Of a stretch of DNA of 64,000 nt, positions 20,201 to 29,320 are shown one piece after another. The position numbers were made by a program, and so were the translations under genes. Under the pieces are notes generated by a model. That model was not told the origin of the DNA, did not search any database, and saw only the letters and a program-made list of their open reading frames with translations. Location of the stretch: the NCBI GenBank assembly GCA_965209055.1, contig OZ242374.1:1568001-1632000 (forward strand), read 5' to 3'. Numbering within the stretch: position 1 is the first letter of the stretch; each line of letters starts with the position of its first letter. The DNA is from Acidobacteriota bacterium. GTDB taxonomy: Bacteria; Acidobacteriota; UBA6911; RPQK01; JAJDTT01.

Positions 20201-21030
20201 ACGACCCACGTCCGGCCCCTCCACCGTACTAGCGGCCGACGTTCCAACTCCGAATGACCGAATGACTGCTCAGTGAGCAACTCCGCATGCTCCCCTTGAA
20301 ATACGAACGGATGGAGGATCCCCGGCTCGACTCCTATTGCGCCCAGCTCCTTGTCGCTGAAACCCACGTTGGCCTTGGATTCCGCTAGTATCGACCCGCC
20401 GACAGCAACCTTTTCCTTGGGCCTGCTCTCCGTTCTGGAATATCGTGCGATCCCAGCCCTTTCGGCGACTGCCTCACTCACGCGCAACAACGCCTCGACC
20501 TGCTTCAACGACTGTGCAGCCCAAGTACGATCCGCTATTCTCATCAGCGTGTCGAGGCATGCGCGAACGTACTCCGCGTTGTTTGCCCAGTGCCCAGCGA
20601 ACAACCGTGCGTTTCCGAACCAAGCGTCCACGTTCGATAGGAAAACGTCTTCGACCGGCATCTCCAGTTCAGTGATGACGTCGTTGTAAACCGCTATATT
20701 GAGCCACTCTCGAAGGTGTCGCTGATCTGGCGCCTTCTCGCCTTGGCAAGCCAATGCGGCCAAGTGAATCAATGCCTCGATTCGGCCACTCGCCGTGTGA
20801 TTCTCAGGCCTGGTCAACAATCCGGCTAATGGTGCGGCCACGAGCGGGAAGCTGAATTTCTCCAGACGCTTGACCACCGTGGCGAGGCGCATCGCGGTAC
20901 CTCCGATTTCACTCAACTCACTGGCTGCCGTGCTCGCCAATAACGCCGTCGCAACCTCGTCATGCGCATCAAACGATCGTTTGGTCAATACAGTGCTTCC
21001 TCCGCACGTGGTTGCATCTGGTGATCTCAA
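17260..21030 (-). CDS. large hypothetical protein with C-terminal PD-(D/E)XK nuclease domain (putative defence)
   Basis: 1256 aa ORF; GHKFAQRV...LGDVDVLAW...FAIECKSL catalytic-type motif. Confidence 0.75.
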   Translation of the reverse strand: MRSPDATTCGGSTVLTKRSFDAHDEVATALLASTAASELSEIGGTAMRLATVVKRLEKFSFPLVAAPLAGLLTRPENHTASGRIEALIHLAALACQGEKAPDQRHLREWLNIAVYNDVITELEMPVEDVFLSNVDAWFGNARLFAGHWANNAEYVRACLDTLMRIADRTWAAQSLKQVEALLRVSEAVAERAGIARYSRTESRPKEKVAVGGSILAESKANVGFSDKELGAIGVEPGILHPFVFQGEHAELLTEQSFGHSELERRPLVRWRGRTWVVLPTAIGAAIRRFVLERAAAAGDLRLFQATWHLARFSEAFMLGRADWGIGFVEMLEPDPADGLREFVGTFDDGGYVHVTFVPDDFLAVAENGLRSIHVLEAAIRERIQDRAAALEWERDYRRGLTVLVDGGIGRNFAPVWGDLPSSWHQLCVSAPDFMMLGAKSDFTAMRAWKLLQQVDELEERGTVFPNLRGFTNLVAFAYYTDFELVPANMLVPANMNVAPIYLHSDFMLPLRHEIRTGMDRHASLGPDGDYFVSVHRQETDGHLEEAAGGAVFLSPGHRAEGTVLACVETAARPWWVRCDEVQQDVWNRGIAFAVLDMVLGWLGRLAPALEERYPALPDGPVEFQIRFPNIDEFSRHDLDLAPALLEPAVVVENGEIVIDCTPDYLRSFLSPGNVGDRLMICSLARSVHVLCTNEDASDTGIKEWVRSVIGSESARFLKMAPSETPEDVIYDMVALPDPRLPMPEDLAWSRLDLARRAGYTGKPGIVSLSKAGKVLNASVDVVWERVRSRLKSLSRESVIQTSLLNYVAVRKEHREWMRSMEAQLSLFGANQAMVAAKQRVFLRDRAGLACRVIAEMALCTAPFGGGSSCTKADLDFLIAEVSTLVECASQSDALHYGLARRPPAVNANGSFDFDQSATQATAQLMSEHWRRTFLNAEPDEQTISDDSLPHPSFSDAFAAEFGLTAEQYGTFVHRLTLEAIKLGRADLRLQRSTIIQYLRDVGVATPELAFEHFALAPRARWDESEPENAVARDWYPWRYSRRLSILRRPLVQLSKEDDPVVAVFPSILAGTLGYLGQAAFGGLPETLFDSTEMIACVGMAANRNGHKFAQRVAKRLGGLKWETEQELSLTRFGGSESLGDVDVLAWKRETGLVFAIECKSLRFDRSLGEVGERLAEYSVGTVESKRTPLQKHLDRMFFLESSRERLADHTGIDGGDLKLRSGLVTENLASMQFGGKAREKLDLVTDFGLLEDAILR

Positions 21031-21211
21031 CCCATCTCAAATTCATCTGCCTTCCGATTCCGAATACTCCACACTTGCGATGCGACTTCTGCCGCGCCAT
21101 CACTCCCAGCTTCGCGTAGCAGCTTCCGCAATCCCAACCAACCTTCTCGGGAGTAAATTCGGCTGTACGGACAAACCCGTCCGGTAAACGTTTAGGGCGG
21201 CTGCATAAAGC

Positions 21212-22969
21212 CTAGTTCCAGCGCAGTCGGGCGACAAAGTTCTCATACTGCTCGACATAAGCCGCGAGGCGATCCCGGGCCCCACCGGCAAGTCCTGCGT
21301 CGACCAGATCGCTGCATAGGTCTCCTTCGGAAATTCGCGCGAGCAATCGTGCGCGGAACTGGTGACGCCATCCGTTGCGACCTACGGGGGCCCATCCACC
21401 GCGTTCTCGCTCATCCGCCGCAGGTTCGTAGTTGATCAACGAGAAAAGGATCTCCCAAGTGTCGTGCACTTCCTCGAAGCTGGGTAGGACAGCGGCGAAG
21501 CTGTTCCGCCAGTCGTCTAGAACGCTATACAGGTGATCGGAGACGGGCGCGTAGTGATCTTCGAGCCCAGGAAGGCGCTTCCAAAGATCGTTGCGGTTCC
21601 CCTCCAGGAACCATTCGGAGACCAAGTAGACAAATCGTTTCGGGTTTCCGTACCCGTCATCCACAGTTTGCGAGAGCAGACTGTGAAGGTCATGCCATCG
21701 CTTGGCGATAGCCAGGCCGATCCCGTAGGCCCATAGCAGGAGAACCGCTGGGTAGTAGCGCAGATAGGCAACTGCGGGTTCCGTTTCTCCGCATCGGGAC
21801 CACATGGTCACCAGCGCATCGACGACGGAGCCGTGTCCGGTACTGTCTCCCCATCGACCGAGTACTCCAAGTATGCGGGCGAGGGGTTCAGCCGACGACT
21901 CCTGGAAGGCGACCAATTGCTCAATTCCTTCGTTGGTTGCTTTGACATCTGGCATGACGGTGACCAGGCTGTGAGAGAGCCTATCCACCTGAGACTCAAT
22001 TAGATCGTGCAAATCGATCCGGCGGTCATGATCGGCCACGAATCGCTTGACAGTGCCTACGAGCAGGTGAATGTTGTCCGGGTTCTGTCTGTGCGTTCGG
22101 GCCAGTGTTTCTATCCGGTCGCATAGCTTTCCAAAGAATTCGTCGGCGTCCGCAATTGAGATGACGTGGCCTCGCCGGTGGGCGATGATTCGTTGCCCGA
22201 TGTCCCCGATCGGACCACGTGCCGTCCAATACGTCGAATACCGCCGGGAGGGGTTGCTCATGATCGCGTCGGCAAGAGCAACGTCCCACTCGCCTGACCA
22301 TCCGCACACGATTAAGCCGTGGTCGTCGAAAATGCGGTCTAGGAGCCTTGTGAACTCGGTTGCATACTGAGAGAGTTCACGATCAGTGTTTAGGATTCGC
22401 GCATCCTTGTAGTCACCGTGCAGTTTGACCAAGTAACACTTAGCATGGCCAGGCGGTTCGGCTCCTTGGATTGCGTACACCGAGTCGACGACTGTCGGTT
22501 CCGTCCCGCGCTCGCGAAGCGCCTGTTCTAGCAGGCGGTCAAAGTTGGTGGTAATGACCACGCGGACCATCCCCGCACGGACGATTTCGGCAATTGCATG
22601 ATGCGCCCTCGTCGGAATCTTCCGTCCACGTTGCAGTTCCTCTTCGGTCGGTTCGATGTATTCGTTAAGAATGGCTCGGCGCTCGAACTCGGAAGGGCCG
22701 AGTTGGGCAATCAACTCTGAGTAGTTCGGTTGTTTTCCTAACTTTGCCTTATACCAAGCCGCCCAGTCCTGCTGATCTGTCTCTCCTTGGGCAAGAGCTA
22801 CGCGACGGACCAGATCGAGTGTAATTTCCCATCCCGTCGGGATGCCGGCGGATCGGGAGAGTCCCGAACCCAGCAATAGAGCGTAGATGCCCGGGTTACC
22901 GTAGATGCCAAAAGCGAGCTGTGTCAGCTTGTCATCGCTATTGTCGGTGTGGATTGGCTCGAGAGTCAT
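21212..22969 (-). CDS. SIR2-like (SIR2_2) domain protein with unknown C-terminal domain
   Basis: LLLGSGLSRSAGIPTGW, ITTNFDRLLE, KLHGDY, VCGWSGEWD. Confidence 0.88.
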   Translation of the reverse strand: MTLEPIHTDNSDDKLTQLAFGIYGNPGIYALLLGSGLSRSAGIPTGWEITLDLVRRVALAQGETDQQDWAAWYKAKLGKQPNYSELIAQLGPSEFERRAILNEYIEPTEEELQRGRKIPTRAHHAIAEIVRAGMVRVVITTNFDRLLEQALRERGTEPTVVDSVYAIQGAEPPGHAKCYLVKLHGDYKDARILNTDRELSQYATEFTRLLDRIFDDHGLIVCGWSGEWDVALADAIMSNPSRRYSTYWTARGPIGDIGQRIIAHRRGHVISIADADEFFGKLCDRIETLARTHRQNPDNIHLLVGTVKRFVADHDRRIDLHDLIESQVDRLSHSLVTVMPDVKATNEGIEQLVAFQESSAEPLARILGVLGRWGDSTGHGSVVDALVTMWSRCGETEPAVAYLRYYPAVLLLWAYGIGLAIAKRWHDLHSLLSQTVDDGYGNPKRFVYLVSEWFLEGNRNDLWKRLPGLEDHYAPVSDHLYSVLDDWRNSFAAVLPSFEEVHDTWEILFSLINYEPAADERERGGWAPVGRNGWRHQFRARLLARISEGDLCSDLVDAGLAGGARDRLAAYVEQYENFVARLRWN

Positions 22970-23217
22970 TGCGTTCTTGGGACCAGTGCATTTTCGCGAA
23001 GGTGAACTTTCGGCAGCCCGCATCTTAGCCTTCCGGTTCTCGGTCGACCAGACTTAAACGACTGCTGATCCGGGTGCGCCAGGAAGCGAAGCCTCAAGGC
23101 GTAGGTTCTCTTCCAGTTCGAAATTGCTCGGCTATTATCTCGGGCCTACTATCTCGATCTCCCGCCAGTCTCTTTTCGATACAAAATTGCGGCCTGACTT
23201 CATCTATCCCTCTGCCC

Positions 23218-24312
23218 TCAATTGTTGGACTTTCTGCGATTGCAAGACTTGCACAGCATTTGGCAGTTCTCCTTTTTTGTCTTGCCCCCCTTCGACCATG
23301 GGGTGATGTGATCGCCCTCCATTTGGGAAATCTCAAATGCCTTCTCGCATGTAGGGCAAATGCCCTTTTGCCTCTCGAACGCGCCCTGCTTCATGGAATC
23401 GGAAAAGACACGGATGTTAAGGTGCTTTTCCTCGCCGGTGAGGAGATACGGGTATATTCCCGCCTTCTTTGTCACGTCGTCGTCCATCATCAGGCGGGCA
23501 ACGTCCGCCTCAATTGCTTCGGGATCCAGGCTCTCGTCTCTAAGGAGTTCATATAGCCCTCCCCAATCCACGCCCTTCATTTGCTTGCGGTAGTTCGGGA
23601 AAACCGCCTCCACCCGGTTAATTACCGCCTGGAAGTGACTCCACAAGGCGGTTGCGGTCTTGTCGTGCTGATGCGCGGCCATGTACTCCTCAACCGTCTG
23701 GCCCTCGTCCTTAATCCATTGGATCGCGGTTTCGAGGTACTCTTGGCGGTCCGCCCTCCCTTTCACATACCGGCTGCCGATTGCATAGGCCGGGCAGGCA
23801 GCCCCCTTCCGGCTGAAATACCGCTTTGCGTCGGACACCCACGGGCCAGCATAGACCGCGTTCCGCAACTCCTGGGCGGTCAGCTTCTCGCCCGCGATGT
23901 TGATAATCCGAAACCACGCGAGCTTCTCGCTCGCCGTCCCCTCGCAGATATAGACCTGCAATGGGTAGTTGAGAATCTGTTCCTGCTCGTCGTCTTGCAG
24001 GTTGTGGAAATACCGCCCATCAAGGGAGTAGTCCCCTTCCACGTACTGCGCGGCTGAGATTGTGCGCTGCTGACCGTCAATGACCTCATACGTTCCGTCT
24101 TGGCGCACGGCCCAATACATCACATTGAGCGGAAAGCCCTTGTTGATTGTCTCGATCACCGCATCGCGTTGCTTGTCCTTATAGACGAACTCGCGCTGAA
24201 AAGGCGGGCGGATGTCGAGCTTGCCGCCATAGCCGCGCACCCCGCCTTCGCCGTTGTCATGGTAGTCCTCCACAAGGTCGCGGACTGTGATTTTCTTCAG
24301 ATCAATTTTCAT
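23218..24312 (-). CDS. DUF262 (ParB/GmrS-like) plus HNH endonuclease
   Basis: RPPFQREFVY, VIDGQQRT, C-terminal CPTC...GDHITPWSKGG...NCQMLCKSCN. Confidence 0.9.
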   Translation of the reverse strand: MKIDLKKITVRDLVEDYHDNGEGGVRGYGGKLDIRPPFQREFVYKDKQRDAVIETINKGFPLNVMYWAVRQDGTYEVIDGQQRTISAAQYVEGDYSLDGRYFHNLQDDEQEQILNYPLQVYICEGTASEKLAWFRIINIAGEKLTAQELRNAVYAGPWVSDAKRYFSRKGAACPAYAIGSRYVKGRADRQEYLETAIQWIKDEGQTVEEYMAAHQHDKTATALWSHFQAVINRVEAVFPNYRKQMKGVDWGGLYELLRDESLDPEAIEADVARLMMDDDVTKKAGIYPYLLTGEEKHLNIRVFSDSMKQGAFERQKGICPTCEKAFEISQMEGDHITPWSKGGKTKKENCQMLCKSCNRRKSNN

Positions 24313-25367
24313 TGCGGCGGCACTCTTTTAATCAGAAGGCGAACATAAGTGGGCCTGAACTCGGTCCCAACTCTTATTACACCCCTTCTATTCAGATTGC
24401 CTGCGTTGGGCATGTCTGCCGACGAGTATTCTTTCGTTTTCAGACCGGAGTTGTTGTCCCTGTCTGTTATCCCCAAGACTTCGAACTGCTCCGGGTTGTG
24501 CTTGTCCAGAAACGTGACCGGCACCCCCATCGCGCCGTCCCAATCCATCGGGATGTTGGCGATCCTGTCCACGTTGATCGCATCGTAGTTGTCGTAGGCC
24601 GGGTATTCCTCCGGCGAGTACCGCTTGTAGAGGATCAGTTCGTCGTGGCGCTTCTTATGGTCGAGATTGGTGAACCAGGCCGCGTTACCCAACCGTCCTT
24701 TAATCACCCCCTCGACGACTCTATAGGCACTCCCCTCCTTTGCGGTCGCTACCAATTCCTGCGCGTAACCCTCCGGCACATCGAACAGCATATCCTGGCC
24801 TTTCGGGGTTACGCCAAGCCACGTCCTGTTGTCCTTGATTAGAGGGAAAACCTCCTTGTAGGTGACGGCGTTCTGACTCCCGACGATCAGGAACTTCTTG
24901 CCGTACTCGACCAGTTGGGCGACGTATTCGCGGAACAGCGAGAACGGCGGGTTGGTCACCACGATGTCCGCCTGCTTCAGAAGTTCGATGCATTCCGCGC
25001 TACGGAAATCGCCGTCCCCTTCAAACGCATGGACCCCAATATCCTCTACGTCGGGCACCCTGCCGCCCTTACTGTTTCCCTTGTATTCGAGCCATACCGC
25101 CCGCTCCGTATCGTGACGGCTGAACAGGTCGCGGTCCTGGTTCTTGTAGCATGCGGTGATGAGCTTCTTCAGGCCCAGGCGCTCGAAGTTGTACGAGAAA
25201 TAATGGAAGAAGTTGGAGAATCGGGGATCGTCGCAATTGCAGTAGACAACCTTGCCGGCGAAGTGTCCGGTATAGTGGCGGAGTTCGTTCTCGATGTCGG
25301 AAAGCTGCGTGTAGAACTCATCGTTCTTCTGCCGCTTGGCCTTTCGCAAGTTTTCATTCAGAGACAT
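24309..25367 (-). CDS. adenine-specific DNA methyltransferase, EcoRI family
   Basis: KNDEFYT, VYCNCDDP, GDGDFRS, VVTNPPFSLFREY, YDNYDAI, MGVPVTFLDK. Confidence 0.92.
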   Translation of the reverse strand: MSLNENLRKAKRQKNDEFYTQLSDIENELRHYTGHFAGKVVYCNCDDPRFSNFFHYFSYNFERLGLKKLITACYKNQDRDLFSRHDTERAVWLEYKGNSKGGRVPDVEDIGVHAFEGDGDFRSAECIELLKQADIVVTNPPFSLFREYVAQLVEYGKKFLIVGSQNAVTYKEVFPLIKDNRTWLGVTPKGQDMLFDVPEGYAQELVATAKEGSAYRVVEGVIKGRLGNAAWFTNLDHKKRHDELILYKRYSPEEYPAYDNYDAINVDRIANIPMDWDGAMGVPVTFLDKHNPEQFEVLGITDRDNNSGLKTKEYSSADMPNAGNLNRRGVIRVGTEFRPTYVRLLIKRVPPQ

Positions 25368-25569
25368 GGGTTTGCTCCCTAATCAAGCCTGTTATCGGCG
25401 AGTAATCCCCGAAATTGAATCGCTCATGCTCGCCCCCCAACCTCGGCACCTTGCTACATTGTTTCCGGTTCGTAAACCGCGTCCGTCAGTCATCCGCGAA
25501 TTTGGCGGTGCGGGCACGGACTTCGTTCCAAGGCAGGCGCATTAGCCTGAGCGGCGGCACGAGTCTCGA

Positions 25570-25893
25570 TCATGCGTGCAGTGCCCTCGTGCTCCGTGCC
25601 GCAGCCGTCCGGTCGCGCCGCGCCTGCGCAAGCTCGTAGCTCGCCTGCATCCGCATCCAGTGTTCGGCGGTACCCCAGCCGATGCCCTCCAACGCCAACG
25701 CCATGTTCGCGGACACCCCCGCCTTGCCGTTCAGCAACCGCGACAGCGTTCCGCGCTGGCAGCCGAGACGCGCGGCCGTCTCGGTCACGTTCCAACCCAT
25801 ATCGTCCATGCTCTCCCGGATCAGTTCGCCCAGGTGCGGCGGATTCAGCATCGGGCCGACACGCTCGCTTGTAACGTCGTTCATGGTCAACAC
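25570..25893 (-). CDS. higA: HigA-family antitoxin
   Basis: PPHLGELIRE, HTH, AEHWMRMQASYEL. Confidence 0.9.
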   Translation of the reverse strand: MLTMNDVTSERVGPMLNPPHLGELIRESMDDMGWNVTETAARLGCQRGTLSRLLNGKAGVSANMALALEGIGWGTAEHWMRMQASYELAQARRDRTAAARSTRALHA

Positions 25894-25902
25894 TCCCTTC
25901 AG

Positions 25903-26175
25903 TCAGTGATAGTCGATCAGGTCAACGTCCACGGCTTCGCCGTCCTCGAAGCGGAACACCACGCGCCAGTTGCCGGAGACGCGAACGCTCCACTGGCCCG
26001 CACGGTCGCCCTTCAAGGGATGCAGTCGGAAGCCCGGCGCATCGGCGTTTCGCGGATGCGTCGCCTCTTGCAGACGGAACAGGATGCGCCGGAGCCGTGG
26101 CACGAAACCGACAGGTACCCGCACGGGATTGTCCCGCTCATGCAGCGCCCGCAGTCCCTTGTGTCTAATCTTCAT
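25903..26175 (-). CDS. higB: HigB/RelE-family toxin
   Basis: IRHKGLRAL, PGFRLHPLKGDRAGQWSVRVSGNWRVVFRF..DYH; operator-like IR GTAACG-N5-CGTTAC at 26195-26211. Confidence 0.92.
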   Translation of the reverse strand: MKIRHKGLRALHERDNPVRVPVGFVPRLRRILFRLQEATHPRNADAPGFRLHPLKGDRAGQWSVRVSGNWRVVFRFEDGEAVDVDLIDYH

Positions 26176-26313
26176 CGACTAAGACGCAACTATTGTAACG
26201 CGAAACGTTACGCGCTGCGAAGCTTCGGTCACTGGCCAGCGGCTGCGCGACTCTACGAAAGGATCTGACACCGGGGAACGAAGGTTACAGTGACTTCGTC
26301 TTGAAACAGATTA

Positions 26314-26570
26314 CCTTCCCGCAAGGGGATCAATGGGACGGGAGCGACCCCCCGAGGCGATGGCACGGAGAGTGCACATCAGCCTACCCCGCTTTGCCGA
26401 TCCGGGAGGCAAAAAAGGGGGGTCGCTCCCGTCCATCTCCGCTCTCCCCGAGCGGCAGCCCCAAGCCGCGAGGCAATCCGTAACCCGAACAGGGACAGTG
26501 AGTTAGGAGAACACGTTCGTGCACATCGAAAGGCCCCTTTCGTGCACATGCCCCCTCTTGTCCTATGTGC
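26314..26570 (+). repeat. palindromic element copy S2 (divergent, intact core)
   Basis: CCTTCCCGCAAGGGGATCAAT followed by IR GGACGGGAGCGACCCCCC...GGGGGGTCGCTCCCGTCC (~26336-26434). Confidence 0.8.
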
Positions 26571-26702
26571 GCTCCCCGAGCGGCACGATATGCCTTCTTT
26601 CAGCGGTCGAACCCAGCCTCATTTCTTAGCTGTTCCCGGACGGTTCTTGTGTTGGGAAGGACGTTCCGTCACTGACGGAGGACTCGTCCGGAGGCAGGGA
26701 GG

Positions 26703-26969
26703 TCAGCCGGAGCGGATTTCTTTCCCGGGTTTGAAGCGAACGGTCTTGCCGGGAGGAATGGGGACCACGGCCCCCGTCCTGGGGTTGCGGCCGATGCCAC
26801 TCTTCCGCAGCTTGACCAGAAAGACTCCGAAGCCCCGCAACTCAATGCGTTCCCCATGCTTCAGGGCGCGCTTCAACACCTCCAGCACGGTCTCGACGGC
26901 CTCTTCGGACCTCACCTTGGTCAATCCCACCTTTTCGGAGACGCGTGACACAATGTCTTGTTTGATCAC
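26703..26969 (-). CDS. HU/IHF family DNA-binding protein
   Basis: RIELRGFGVF, GRNPRTG, VRFKPGK. Confidence 0.95.
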   Translation of the reverse strand: MIKQDIVSRVSEKVGLTKVRSEEAVETVLEVLKRALKHGERIELRGFGVFLVKLRKSGIGRNPRTGAVVPIPPGKTVRFKPGKEIRSG

Positions 26970-27267
26970 AGCTTGGAAGTGCCCCCTGAGGTGCCAGGCG
27001 TTGTCTTATAGTGGGCCTAGGTTCGGGGTGTCAAGGTTCGGTTCAGGCTCCTCAAGTGAGAAGTCAATATGGAGTCGGAAGTGGGCTTTTCCGGGAGGAC
27101 CGGTCGGAGAGGAGGAAGGGGAACCGGATCACCTGCCGCCTCTTCCTCGATCACTACCATGAGTGATTTTCGGTAGTGTCCTAACTCGGAAATCGCTTAC
27201 CAATTGAGAGCGTGGACCGGTGGTGCCTGCGCGGTGGTTGAATCGGGGGGGTGATCTCGCGCAGCAC

Positions 27268-27555
27268 TCATACCTTATCGGTATTGCGTCGCTGGCGTCG
27301 TATGATCTGCTCGTAGTCTTCCTTGGACAACTTACATTGAGCTAGAGCGCGAAACTCTTTACTGGACAAGCCAATTTGTCGCCCGGCCCTATCAATGGGC
27401 ACCGATTTTTTGTTCGATCCTCGGAGAAGCCCATATTGGCCGGAAGGCTGTCCATCAACCCTCGGCCTCACAAAATCATGACTACGCTTGGGCACTATTG
27501 GGGCATCCAGCTTTTCAGCAACAATCCTTCCGTGCTCTGTCGTGAGCCTCCTCAC
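27268..27555 (-). CDS. HicA-like toxin
   Basis: KRSHDF, RQIGLSSKEF..LAQCKLSKEDYE; GTG start overlaps the upstream stop. Confidence 0.6.
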   Translation of the reverse strand: MRRLTTEHGRIVAEKLDAPIVPKRSHDFVRPRVDGQPSGQYGLLRGSNKKSVPIDRAGRQIGLSSKEFRALAQCKLSKEDYEQIIRRQRRNTDKV

Positions 27556-28097
27556 GCGCTCCGCCTCACATACTGTCGGAGCACCTCCAACTGGTCTTCT
27601 AGGTGACCGGTGAGTTGGTCTTCCTCTGCCTCGTTGCACTCCAGCATGTTCAGAATTTCTGTCCGCAATCCTTCAAGAGCCTTCTCATGGCCCTCGGCTA
27701 CCCAACAGATGTTGGCTTCATCGAATGACGCCATGACATCGTTCGCTGCGTAGTAGGTATATGCGACAGGTATAGGCTCCCGAACCTCGTACGGTTCATC
27801 GGGAAACTCGGTCAACGGTCCCAGTCGGACCGCAGCCGTAGCATCAAAACTCCACCGGGTTTCGGACACGCGAGTTTGCAGTGGAAGGGAGCCGCTTACA
27901 AACGGGGAATTGATGTGAACTGACCGGGTGATTTCCACATTGGTGACTCTTTTCCATGGGTCGAATTCAACGGATTGTTCGGCGGGTGACCAGGAAACGA
28001 TTGCCTCATGAGGAGGAAGCGTCCCGACGCGATGAGGAGGTATCGTCCTGATACTCCTCTCGATCCATTTCTCTGATGGCCTTTCTTCTGGCGTCAT
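27552..28097 (-). CDS. HicB-like antitoxin with N-terminal extension (start uncertain)
   Basis: C-terminal PIPVAY..MASFDEANI....EKALEGLRTEIL..QLEVLRQYV pattern. Confidence 0.5.
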   Translation of the reverse strand: MTPEERPSEKWIERSIRTIPPHRVGTLPPHEAIVSWSPAEQSVEFDPWKRVTNVEITRSVHINSPFVSGSLPLQTRVSETRWSFDATAAVRLGPLTEFPDEPYEVREPIPVAYTYYAANDVMASFDEANICWVAEGHEKALEGLRTEILNMLECNEAEEDQLTGHLEDQLEVLRQYVRRSA

Positions 28098-28431
28098 CGA
28101 GTAGCTTGTCGTAGTTGTCTGCATGCTCCGTGAACCAATCTGCAAAGGATCGTAGTCGCTCGGTTGGGATGAGAACCGTAGTGCAAATTCTTCGTGTGGC
28201 GAAATAGTCCTCGCCATAGCGTGACTGCTCCTCATTGGTTCCGTCCTCCTTCTGGACCATTGCGGTCTCTTGTTGGTCTGGCATAACACCCAGCTCATTG
28301 TAAAAACTCGCGCGCAGACATCCTCCGGGTGTGAGACCCCCAACAATTCCGGCAGCCCATTGCACCCGATGTTCAGGGTCGTAATCCCAGACAATCTTCA
28401 AACTGTTGCCTTCAGCCTTCGCTTCCGCCAT
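28006..28431 (-). CDS. DUF3467-like protein
   Basis: GIVGGLTPGGCLRASFYNE..P, RRICTTVLIPTERLRSFADWF. Confidence 0.55.
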   Translation of the reverse strand: MAEAKAEGNSLKIVWDYDPEHRVQWAAGIVGGLTPGGCLRASFYNELGVMPDQQETAMVQKEDGTNEEQSRYGEDYFATRRICTTVLIPTERLRSFADWFTEHADNYDKLLDDARRKAIREMDREEYQDDTSSSRRDASSS

Positions 28432-28825
28432 ATCCAGATCCTTTCGAAAACCTTTCCCTTTCCTCTGGTAACTTTCTTTGGTCCAGTAGAATTATAGGGA
28501 AAATTGGCCATTGCAAGCGGCAGAACGCGATCACTATAGCGTACTGTGGAATGAGGCGTAAGTGTTTCGGTGCGGAACCCACCTGCGAGTCAGCAGTTCC
28601 TCAGACACATCACATCGGCAACAGTTGGTCCACCGACCACACCGAGCCCGCCAGTCCCGCCTCCATCGCCGGGGTGCATGAGAGCGTTCGATGGATGCGA
28701 CCGAAGTTATACCAGAAGAAGTGCAGGGACAACGCCGCCCGCTTCCTGAGGGCCTCCAGCCGTTGCTCGTGGATGTCAGGGACGCTCATGCGTCCCATCT
28801 TGCCCGTCAGGGGTGTCATTTGTGG

Positions 28826-29110
28826 CCTTCCCGCCAGGGATATTTTGGAAGGGAGCGACCCCCCCAGGGGGTGCTGCGCAAATGTGAATGGCGCAACACC
28901 CCCGCGCCCGCACCGGGCAGGAAAAAGGGGGGGTCGCTCCCGTCCACCTCCGCTTTTCCCGTGCGGGCGCGGCGAAGCTGGGAATGCGGCCGCAACTGAT
29001 TGAGCGAAAAAGAGATCGGGGAAATCGGATTTGTGAATCGCCGGGACCGCTTTTTGTGAATCCACCCCCAATGTCCCATTCACACTCCCGGACCGGCACG
29101 AGACCCCCTT
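28826..29110 (+). repeat. palindromic element copy S3 (intact empty target)
   Basis: CCTTCCCGCCAGGGATATTTTGGAAGGGAGCGACCCCCCC...GGGGGGGTCGCTCCC, inner hairpin retained. Confidence 0.9.
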
Positions 29111-29320
29111 TGCGCCCAGCCGAAACGAGTCGTTGTGAACCCTTGCGACTGCCAAGTGCGGAACTATGTCCGCGACACCGTTCCGCAGCGTTTGCAATTC
29201 TGCCCGCCTAGCCCGACCCGAGCGTCTCGCCATCCGGCACAGGTTCGCTCGAAGCTCTTGGGCGCCTGGATCGGTTCGGGTGTCCAGCATCCTGAATCGC
29301 CAAGGCCCAGAGAATATTGG

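Larger units (their letters stand above)
27172..28740 (-). mobile_element. IS1-family element remnant carrying passenger genes
   Basis: Transposase C-terminus AALSLHFFWYNFGRIHRTL..TPAMEAGL..VWS (28610-28740); terminal GGTAGTGTCCTAACTCGGAAAT at 27172-27193 resembles IS1-type ends. Confidence 0.6.
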
